From: a virus
Lineage: Duplodnaviria; Caudoviricetes
Length of the DNA stretch: 32,041 nt
Reading direction: 5' to 3' (one strand)
IMG/VR virus record: IMGVR_UViG_3300042868_003415
Location: 1 to 32,041 of that record
Shown: positions 24,887-32,041 of the stretch, piece by piece
Layout: each line of letters begins with the position of its first letter
Position numbering within the stretch: the first letter of the stretch is position 1
Program-made: the position numbers and the translations under genes
Notes under the pieces: generated by a model
Databases searched by the model: none
What the model was told of the DNA's origin: nothing
Seen by the model: the letters and a program-made list of their open reading frames with translations, nothing else

Positions 24887-25954
24887 TTAGGTTGTACCGT
24901 TGAACATACCGAAGCCAGACGGGTTCTTACAAACCAGACCAGCGATAGCTTCAACCAAACGAGCAGGACCGCCGCCGGCGTCAGGCAGCGTCTTAACCTG
25001 GGGCAACTTGGCATAGCGCACCTCGACCATGTCCATGGGGATGATGTAGCCCTTGGTGGCTTGAGCAACAAACGTGGTTCCATCTTTACCACCCACAAAA
25101 GTAGACGGATGCAAAATAAGCCGTCCAAAGTCGCCCTCGAAAATGTCGATTGAAGACTTGAATGTGTCGCTAGCCAGGTCTTGGTTGAAGGTGCGGACGC
25201 TGGTCTGCGTGTAGGTATTAGTGGTTCCACTACCGTTTGCAACAGAACCAGAAGCCGTCAGGTTGGTGAACGCACGCTTGAGCGTGGAACCCAAGATACA
25301 GTCGTAGTCGCGGAAGGTGCCGGTGTTGCCGTAGATGGCAGTCAGCACGTTCTGGATGACGGCTTCGGTGATCGAAGCCGTAGCAGTGTCGATAACAGCG
25401 CCGGAGGCCGGCTTAAACTGTGATCCACTAGCCACCGCGCCGATATTGGCCGCAGAATCGGCGGTCAACCAGTTACCCAGCGATCCGGTCTGATAGGGAT
25501 TGGAGCTGCTAACCTCACTCTGGGCAGCTTGATTGCTGCACATGAAGGTCGCCTCCATTGAGCGCTTCAACTCAACCAATCGTTTAGCAATACCGTTGGC
25601 CAACTCATCGGTCACACCAGCGACGTTCTGGGTCTCAGCAATAAAGCCGACACGCAAGTCTTTACGGAACACCTGGCCGTAGTTGTTGAGGCGGGTTCGG
25701 TTCTCCACCGGGTTTCCGGCGGTAGACACAGTCACATCAGCACCGTCAACAACGCCACCCATAGTCGGGACAGCGTAATTATCTACGAGCCAAGAAAATT
25801 GCATATTTCCGATGTCTTTTCCTTTCGGAGACATTGAAACAAACGGGGTCGATTTCGCATCGACAATGGCAATGTAGTCCGCCAGATCCTCACGAACTGA
25901 CGAAGTGGAAGCGAGCGGCGTTGTACCGGCTTGGTTTTCTTGTAGCAGTGGCAT
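24887..25954 (-). CDS. Major capsid protein (DUF5309 / SU10-type, HK97 fold), 355 aa
   Basis: REDLADYI...TPFVS, FSWLVD, NYGQVFRK, ELKRSME, FEGDFG motifs; follows the scaffold and precedes a terminator. Confidence 0.92.
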   Translation of the reverse strand: MPLLQENQAGTTPLASTSSVREDLADYIAIVDAKSTPFVSMSPKGKDIGNMQFSWLVDNYAVPTMGGVVDGADVTVSTAGNPVENRTRLNNYGQVFRKDLRVGFIAETQNVAGVTDELANGIAKRLVELKRSMEATFMCSNQAAQSEVSSSNPYQTGSLGNWLTADSAANIGAVASGSQFKPASGAVIDTATASITEAVIQNVLTAIYGNTGTFRDYDCILGSTLKRAFTNLTASGSVANGSGTTNTYTQTSVRTFNQDLASDTFKSSIDIFEGDFGRLILHPSTFVGGKDGTTFVAQATKGYIIPMDMVEVRYAKLPQVKTLPDAGGGPARLVEAIAGLVCKNPSGFGMFNGTT

Positions 25955-25957
25955 AAA

Positions 25958-26971
25958 TCAGAGCATCCTTTTCAATACTTGAGCCAATTCAGACGTACCT
26001 CCTGATTTCTGAAACCGGGACTTAGCAAACTGCAGGTTGGCTTTGGCTGCATCCTTTTTCACGGGAGCAGCAGTGGGCTTTCCTGGCTGGCTTGGAGCTT
26101 TTGCAGGAACACGGACTGGGGTTTTACTTTTCATTTCACGTTCCATTCGCAACCTTCTTCCTTCTAGGAAATCTCCAACAAGCACTTGGTGCTCCGGTAA
26201 CGCAGAGAGCTGTGGCAACTGCCGCAACACTGCCTGCGCCTCGGTGTACTGAGCGCTCTTTCGATCCTTCCAGAAGGGATAGATCTGCTCTGCGATAGGC
26301 TGGATCTGCTTGTAGTTGTTCAGGAACCGGGCTCTCGACGGGATGTGCATATCCAGTGCGTCTTCTACGCGCCGCTTGATCTGCTTGATCTCGCTAGAAC
26401 TGTATTCCTTGTCACCTATTTCGCAGCCATCGATGTTATCCTCGCACCAGCGTTTGAGATCTCGGGCCTTGTTCCACTCTTCATCGAGTTTCTTCGCGTC
26501 CCAGACATCAGCAAACGGATCGGCTTGATTCACCACCGGCACCGGCCTATCCGACTGATTTTGCTCCAGCTTAGTTTTGGTCTCGTTCAGCTCCCGCTCT
26601 AATGCATCGGCTTTTTCTAAAGCCTCCCGCTTTTGACGGGTCAGCTTGTCGATGCGTTTACGGTAGCCAGACGGTTCCTCTTCAGCTTGGTCTTCGGTCT
26701 TATTATCAGAAAGAACATCCTCAGGCGACTCGGCCTGATTATCCTCTTGTTCAGCGGTAGGATCCGCTTCCTCGGCCTGAGACTCCGCATCCGCGGACTC
26801 GGGCTCTGTGTTTTCCTCGATTTGCTGCTTTGGCGTTTCTTCCTCCCCACTGAATCGTGTCTTCAGTAGCTTTGCCAGCGCCCCCTCATCGAAGTTGATT
26901 GGGTTCGGCAATTGGGATCGTACCGTGTTTTCTCCAGGTGTCGCTTCCTGCTTAGTATTGATTGAATCCAT
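25958..26971 (-). CDS. Capsid scaffolding protein, ~337 aa
   Basis: Acidic N-terminus, KRIDKLTRQKREA coiled coil, and Pro-rich linker with a basic C-terminal helix pair. Confidence 0.85.
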   Translation of the reverse strand: MDSINTKQEATPGENTVRSQLPNPINFDEGALAKLLKTRFSGEEETPKQQIEENTEPESADAESQAEEADPTAEQEDNQAESPEDVLSDNKTEDQAEEEPSGYRKRIDKLTRQKREALEKADALERELNETKTKLEQNQSDRPVPVVNQADPFADVWDAKKLDEEWNKARDLKRWCEDNIDGCEIGDKEYSSSEIKQIKRRVEDALDMHIPSRARFLNNYKQIQPIAEQIYPFWKDRKSAQYTEAQAVLRQLPQLSALPEHQVLVGDFLEGRRLRMEREMKSKTPVRVPAKAPSQPGKPTAAPVKKDAAKANLQFAKSRFQKSGGTSELAQVLKRML

Positions 26972-27050
26972 GCTGTTTAGACCCTGCAAGCTGGGTATTG
27001 TGCGCCATGGTTGTTAAGGTCAACCAAGAAACCGTTGTGGTAAAGAGGTA

Positions 27051-27296
27051 CTACTTGGATTGATCCGTCAAACCATTAGCTGCCCTCAAATTGTCAATGT
27101 AGCTCGATAAATCCTTGAGTGAAGAAGCTCTACCACAGTTGTAAGCCCTTCCTGAGTCCGTTAAATCGGACTGCACGCAACTCAACACCTCGGACTCAAT
27201 CATGTCCGACAGCATTTGAAGCAATGCAGCCATTAGCGGTGAATTGTCCCCCGCTGAAACGAAGGCCTCTTGGATTTTAGCTTCTGAAAGTCTCAT
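27051..27296 (-). CDS. Small conserved protein after portal, 81 aa
   Basis: ATGA-coupled to the portal gene; RAYNCGRASSL pattern and position are typical of the post-portal small gene. Confidence 0.8.
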   Translation of the reverse strand: MRLSEAKIQEAFVSAGDNSPLMAALLQMLSDMIESEVLSCVQSDLTDSGRAYNCGRASSLKDLSSYIDNLRAANGLTDQSK

Positions 27297-29380
27297 TGTT
27301 GAACTCCTAGGCGTCCGGTCACAGCGTTTTGCTGCTGTTGAACCGAGAATTGCAGATTTTCGATGTATTTCTGCAGGTTAGCTTGGAACAACTGGTCCTG
27401 CTGGAGCTGTTGCTGGTACTTCGGATTGCTTTGGAGCACCTGCTGACTGAATTGCAGCCGCATTGCTGCCGTAGGGTCGTTCTCGCGCAATTGCGGAGGG
27501 TTACCGAGGCTTATCAACGCCAACTCATCGTTGGTTTCGTTGAACATTTTCTGGCTTGCAGGCCCCTGTTGCATCACCAGCTCGCTTGCAAGGTTCGGAT
27601 CAATGGCCCGGAGCGCCACAGAGATCAACTTAGCCCGGTCAATGACGCCGGCAGTGTCCAAAGGCAGCACCAGGGTGCTGATAGCCTTCAGCTTCTCGGT
27701 GACCAAGTCGGTCGAGAGCTCCCGGACATCGAACTTCAGCATCACATCGAAGTCTTGGATGTCTTGAGGCAATGCAGTTTGTGACGCGGTCACGCGCTGG
27801 ATCTCTTCGGGCCCCACATATTGCAGGGTCAACGTCAGCACCTGGCGGAAGGCCTCGGTCCAACCATGCAGCCAGTTGTTGATGATGCGCTGCTGACGCA
27901 TCTGGGTCACAGCAGGAGCCACCTTCTCGGTGGGCCTGCCGAAGTACCTGTCGGTCTGCGCCATCACCGCTTCAATGAGCTGGAAGGCCACTCCAGGCTC
28001 ACGGGCAGGCGGTTGTAGGAACCCAATCTCGCCGCGGCGTAGCACCGGGATCTGGATGGCCGGCCCGATCTTCAAATTACCGCCCCTAGTTTTGGGCACC
28101 TCGATGGGGGGCAGTGTGGCCAGGCTGGTGTAATCGAAGATACTATCGCGCTGGGCCTTCACTTCCTCCTGCCAGGTCATGCACACCTCGGGCACACCGC
28201 GGCTCTCGCAGATCTGCCGATGGATCATCTCGGAGCGCCAGATAACAAACGGATACTGCCCGTGCCCGTAGTCCAAGGCCTCAAAGTAGCCCCACTTGTC
28301 GCCTACCTGGGGACTGAACACCGTGTAGAACACTCCAGGAACACCGTCTTCATCAATCGACTTCTGATAGGCGTACACGATCTCAATCAGGTTCTCACGA
28401 TCCATGACCGAGTTGTTGGCCAGGCCGCTCGTGTAGGAATAGTCCGCGTAGTTGGAGAACCGGCCCATCGTGTTGATGGCTTCCTGCGCCCACTCCTCAT
28501 CCCAGTCGTCGGTCTTCACCTTGTTCAGCAACTGGGCCTCGGTCATGTAGTAGCGCCGGAACACCACCCGGGCACTCTGGATGTCGGTGGTCTCCGGGGG
28601 GAACGCCAGCTCATCCCAGGGGGCTAACGCGGCCACCATCGGCTTGTTGGTGACCATGGTGGGCACCGGGAAGTCGCACTCGCCCTCGTCACGCAACTCG
28701 CGCACAGCCTTCAGTGCCCGGCGCTTTTTTAAGTTCGGGAAGGCGGCCATGATCAGTTCCGCGGACTGGTCATCGGCCTCGGGGTTGGCAATGAGGTTAG
28801 GGAAGTCTGCTAGGACCGAGCCCTCGGGGGACTGGGCGGCCAGTGCCATCACCTGGTCCATGGTGAGGTACTGCTCCTTCTGCCCCATCTCCTGCTGCCA
28901 GGTGATGTGGACGCCGGCCCAGCCGTAGGTCCACAGGTACTGCGATAGCAACTCAACGTCCCGGGTTAGGTCGTTGTACATCTTCGCATTCACAGTCCAA
29001 TCCATCAGGTTGTGGGCGGTCACAGCCTGATCGAGCTGGCTGACGTTGGTGGGCGATACCCGGAGCATCGAGCGCCAGAAGGCAGTCGAGCAGAGATCCA
29101 CCATCCCGTTGATTACCTCATCGGCGAGCGGGATGCGCGTGTCGGATGCACCGTCCCAGGGGAACGCAGGCTTATTACGGCCACTGTCGTTCCACTTCTT
29201 GCCGTCGTCGGTTTGTCCTGGCCACTGGCAAAACCTCGTATTCTGAACACGTTCAGAGCGGGATGTTTGACCGAAGTCGGTTGCACTACGACGCAACTCC
29301 TCGGTGAGAGCTGACACATTGGGCTCGGGTCCAACCCGGGCCATCACATCCGTTGCCGTCTTGTATGAATCGCCTTGCAT
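27293..29380 (-). CDS. Portal protein (P22-like), 695 aa
   Basis: Follows TerL. FPWDGASD, GQYPFV...SRGVPE, Q-rich C-terminal barrel. Confidence 0.9.
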   Translation of the reverse strand: MQGDSYKTATDVMARVGPEPNVSALTEELRRSATDFGQTSRSERVQNTRFCQWPGQTDDGKKWNDSGRNKPAFPWDGASDTRIPLADEVINGMVDLCSTAFWRSMLRVSPTNVSQLDQAVTAHNLMDWTVNAKMYNDLTRDVELLSQYLWTYGWAGVHITWQQEMGQKEQYLTMDQVMALAAQSPEGSVLADFPNLIANPEADDQSAELIMAAFPNLKKRRALKAVRELRDEGECDFPVPTMVTNKPMVAALAPWDELAFPPETTDIQSARVVFRRYYMTEAQLLNKVKTDDWDEEWAQEAINTMGRFSNYADYSYTSGLANNSVMDRENLIEIVYAYQKSIDEDGVPGVFYTVFSPQVGDKWGYFEALDYGHGQYPFVIWRSEMIHRQICESRGVPEVCMTWQEEVKAQRDSIFDYTSLATLPPIEVPKTRGGNLKIGPAIQIPVLRRGEIGFLQPPAREPGVAFQLIEAVMAQTDRYFGRPTEKVAPAVTQMRQQRIINNWLHGWTEAFRQVLTLTLQYVGPEEIQRVTASQTALPQDIQDFDVMLKFDVRELSTDLVTEKLKAISTLVLPLDTAGVIDRAKLISVALRAIDPNLASELVMQQGPASQKMFNETNDELALISLGNPPQLRENDPTAAMRLQFSQQVLQSNPKYQQQLQQDQLFQANLQKYIENLQFSVQQQQNAVTGRLGVQQ

Positions 29381-29391
29381 AGGTTCAGAGA

Positions 29392-31098
29392 TTAGTATCC
29401 ACCGCCGCCGCGGGAATTGAAGCCCCCATTGCCTACGTAAGCAAGGCCCGAGACCAAAAGCATACCGATGCAGTCAATAGGATCCTTGCTAGCCCCCTTC
29501 TGACCATCCCTGCCTGTGTGCTCGCTCAAAGCATAGATCAGGTTGCTGCAGGTCTTGACCACATACAGCGCCGGCTCGTTTAACGGGGTGAGCGCCTGCG
29601 TAGCATCGTAGGACAGCAGGCTGTTGATGGCGCTCGTCCGCTGGTCCACAGGCACGCCTGGCGCCGGGATGAAGGCCATCCCCTCGTCCAGTGGGTTGTC
29701 TGATTCAGCCAGTAGGTCGATGAGTGTGGTGCCCCCTTGTTCCGATAGTGCCGGGCTACCGCCGGCCTTGGGGTCGATCAATCGCATCACGGGCTCCCCA
29801 TAGCCTAGCTCCGCCTCAATGGTCCGAAACATGGTCCGATACTCCGATATCGACCGGCCTGCATCCAGTGTCTGTGCTGGGCCTGCCTTGCCGTCGTGCT
29901 TCTCCGATGGGAAGGTCCACTCGCCGTAGTTGGCGTAGTCGGGGAACTCACGCACCACGATCCGCCGGCCATTCTCATAGACCAGCATCCACATACAGAA
30001 CCAATTCCGCGCTCCGGCAGGGTCGCACACCATATAAAGCGTCCCCCCAGGAGGCACGGCCTCGGGCTCGATGCAGTGGATGTCGACTCTGAACCTAGCG
30101 AAGGCCTTGCCGATGTTGTCACTGGCCCACCCATAGGCCCGGGTCAATATCTGTCCCATAGGTGCCGTGATTAACTTCAACTTCATCTCGTCGAACGGGT
30201 TGTATGGGTTGTCCTCGCTAAAGAAGAACACCGTCCGCCTATTGGTCTGGGCCTGCACCATTGTCCTGGCCGCCTTACCCACAGGCCATGTAGGCAGCGC
30301 CTGCTTGCCCTTAAGCAACTCGGCCTCATCGAACCTAGTGATAGCAGAGCCGGCGGTAAATTCCTTATATACACTGGCAACGCCCTCCAGTGGAGTCTGG
30401 GTCACCAGTAGCTTGCCGCGGCGTGTAATGAGCCGGTAGCGCAGTGTCTCAACCCATGACTGTGGCACCAGCTCGTCGCACCAGATCATGTCCGCCTCCC
30501 GCCCCTCAATCGTGTTCTCCGATTGCGTGTAGTTCAAAAAGTCGCACCGAGAGCCATTAGGGAGAATGAATGAACCATCCGTAAAACCATTCTTCCGGCT
30601 GTAGTTGAGATAGTGGATCCTGCCCTTCTTGGTGCCTCGTAGTGCTACAGGCAGGTAGTTATATATAGCGGGTTGCTGCACTGTTACACTAGTGGCATGG
30701 CTGGTATGACAACACAGTACCGCGGCGTTCTCCTTCTCCAACAGCGTCTGCACCACTCGCCGGGCTGCCCATAGCGTTTTACCAGCCCGGTTGCCGCCGG
30801 ATACCAACAGCTCCTGGGTGAGTGCGTACTCGGTGTTGCCGATCTCCCAGTGGTCAGGAATGTAGCCGTAGGTATACGGGTCGGCTTTTTCTAAGGTTAC
30901 GAGCTGGGTCCGCTTGAGGCGCAACTCAACAGCACGGGGGTGCGCGGCGTCTACCCGGGGTATAACAGGGTGCTGTGGCTGCTCGTTCCACCAGGCTGTG
31001 TTGCACGCCTCGGTGCAGAAGCGCTTTTGTTTAGGGCCGGTGTGGTGCTTGAGGATAACGAATGGCTTGGAGCAGAGGAGGCAGAGGGGGGTGGACAT
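29392..31098 (-). CDS. terL: Terminase large subunit, 568 aa
   Basis: Walker A GGNRAGKT, Walker B MIWCDE, coupling motif TQTP, nuclease CDPAG...KDPIDC. Confidence 0.96.
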   Translation of the reverse strand: MSTPLCLLCSKPFVILKHHTGPKQKRFCTEACNTAWWNEQPQHPVIPRVDAAHPRAVELRLKRTQLVTLEKADPYTYGYIPDHWEIGNTEYALTQELLVSGGNRAGKTLWAARRVVQTLLEKENAAVLCCHTSHATSVTVQQPAIYNYLPVALRGTKKGRIHYLNYSRKNGFTDGSFILPNGSRCDFLNYTQSENTIEGREADMIWCDELVPQSWVETLRYRLITRRGKLLVTQTPLEGVASVYKEFTAGSAITRFDEAELLKGKQALPTWPVGKAARTMVQAQTNRRTVFFFSEDNPYNPFDEMKLKLITAPMGQILTRAYGWASDNIGKAFARFRVDIHCIEPEAVPPGGTLYMVCDPAGARNWFCMWMLVYENGRRIVVREFPDYANYGEWTFPSEKHDGKAGPAQTLDAGRSISEYRTMFRTIEAELGYGEPVMRLIDPKAGGSPALSEQGGTTLIDLLAESDNPLDEGMAFIPAPGVPVDQRTSAINSLLSYDATQALTPLNEPALYVVKTCSNLIYALSEHTGRDGQKGASKDPIDCIGMLLVSGLAYVGNGGFNSRGGGGY

Positions 31099-31207
31099 TT
31101 GTTAATATTTTTCGCTTTGGTTTACCCGTCGCCTTTTGGCGCTGCAGCCGATGGCCTGACCCCCTCCCCCCATCCTGCCTGGGCCTGCTTGGTGCCGGCC
31201 TTGGCGG

Positions 31208-31395
31208 AGGGGTAGGACATTGGCCTTTTGAACGGTGGCTAATGTGCGTTTGACCCAATGTTTACGGGCTATTGCTGCGTGATTTTGTGTCGAAGTGAAT
31301 ATAACTGCTATTGTGCATCTGACTGCCATAAACAGGCCTAAATGCGTGGTTTCTGCGTGGTCACTTGTGGTAGGGGTAGGACATTTCGGGACATT
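31208..31395. repeat. Direct repeat AGGGGTAGGACATT (31208-31221, 31372-31385) plus partial copies and TGCGTGGT iterations
   Basis: Exact 14-bp copies. Partial GGACATT at 31389-31395; related GGGGGTGGACATT covers the TerL start codon. Confidence 0.8.
31294..31321 (-). promoter_or_regulatory. dif-like XerC/XerD site CAGATGCACAA-TAGCAG-TTATATTCACT
   Basis: 11-6-11 layout. Right arm matches E. coli XerD arm TTATGTTAAAT at 8/11; left inner GCACAA compares with GCATAA. Confidence 0.55.
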
Positions 31396-31397
31396 AC

Positions 31398-32030
31398 CTA
31401 AACCAAGTCATGGGTCTGCTCGTCGTTGACTGGGGTCACATCACGGTCCTTTAGGTCAGCCATTAGGTCGCGGTGGCTGATCGAGGCTGTCATAGATAGG
31501 TGTATGCTATTAGGCTGGCCCTTCAGTGTGGATAATTTGTCCAAAGTGATTCCTATCGCTACGGGTAAAGTGCGATCATCAATGAATTCAATTGCTGATT
31601 CAGCAAGACGTTTAGTGCCTTTCCATATAGCAACCTCCATGAATCCGACAACATCTTTGCGCCACTCTTCTTCAGTCTCTGGGTAGTCATGCGGAACCTT
31701 AACACCTCTAACATACTTGAACACTGTGCTTTCTATGAACCCTGTCTCTTTCGCTATAGTCTCAAGTGTCTTGTTGAGTATTACTCCTTCTACAATCTTA
31801 TCTGCCTTGTCTTGTGTAAGTGTTGATTTGTGATGTTGTGTTGGGTTGTGCGTCTTCTCGTATCCAAGATCACTAGCCGTCTTCAACACCTTGTCGATCA
31901 TCTCTTGCTTGAAATTGCCTTTGCCATTCAAGATCTGATTAACACGCACTACATTTACGCCACAGGTCTTTGAGATAGTTTCCTGTGATACACGTCCTAC
32001 TGGTATTCTGCCATCAGGCTTACCCGACAT
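31398..32030 (-). CDS. Putative terminase small subunit with N-terminal LacI-type HTH, 210 aa
   Basis: SQETISKTCGVNVVRVNQILNG...KVLKTASDLGY (LacI HTH plus hinge), second HTH TLETIAKETGFIESTVFKY, and VAIGITLDK helix; directly upstream of TerL. Confidence 0.7.
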   Translation of the reverse strand: MSGKPDGRIPVGRVSQETISKTCGVNVVRVNQILNGKGNFKQEMIDKVLKTASDLGYEKTHNPTQHHKSTLTQDKADKIVEGVILNKTLETIAKETGFIESTVFKYVRGVKVPHDYPETEEEWRKDVVGFMEVAIWKGTKRLAESAIEFIDDRTLPVAIGITLDKLSTLKGQPNSIHLSMTASISHRDLMADLKDRDVTPVNDEQTHDLV

Positions 32031-32041
32031 ACGGTTTAAAC

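Larger units (their letters stand above)
1..32041 (-). mobile_element. Tailed dsDNA phage (podovirus-type virion module), partial genome
   Basis: Co-oriented TerL, portal, scaffold, capsid, adaptor, nozzle, ejection proteins and fibres. No tape measure, sheath, integrase or host genes seen. Confidence 0.97.

Noticed and set aside
31031-31329. Two 75-aa minus-strand ORFs in the TerS-TerL gap
   Set aside because: Low-complexity translations across repeats and the dif-like site; the region is better explained as non-coding.
1-32041. tRNA/rRNA genes, CRISPR arrays, integrase, introns/inteins, stop-codon recoding
   Set aside because: None recognised by eye. Standard-code ORFs tile the window with few gaps, and TAA, TGA and TAG all act as stops. 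Covariance searches were not run.

Overview
A 32-kb segment of a tailed dsDNA phage with podovirus-type virion genes, all on the minus strand and tightly coupled (ATGA/TAATG/GTGA/TTGA overlaps or 1-4 nt gaps, with almost no Shine-Dalgarno motifs). Order in the direction of transcription (right to left): LacI-HTH/TerS-like protein, an intergenic region with repeats and a dif-like site, TerL with an N-terminal Zn finger, portal, scaffold, DUF5309-type major capsid, head-spike base, anchor and S74 fibre, holin/spanin-like cluster, adaptor, nozzle, short fibre, ejection-protein module, a 2213-aa polyvalent ejection protein, a 1122-aa tail fibre, and then a promoter opening an apparent early region (Zn-ribbon, lysozyme-like, RHH, RuvC-like, small coiled-coil genes). 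Four things stand out. (1) The giant ejection gene is divided into modules by five [RNY][FY]MP motifs, carrying HExxH peptidase, HhH-GPD glycosylase-like and HDxxGH domains. It also contains two small +1-frame nested ORFs with near-identical A-rich start contexts, one of them resembling a familiar stand-alone phage protein. (2) A cupin and a half-size DDxxD isoprenoid-synthase-like gene lie between ejection genes whose products share N- and C-terminal peptide motifs. (3) There is an RcGTA-like head-spike base plus a GLGLGL anchor, and the anchor's acidic motif is also inserted into the tail fibre. (4) A dif-like site lies upstream of TerL. All family assignments come from motif recognition by eye; no searches were run.
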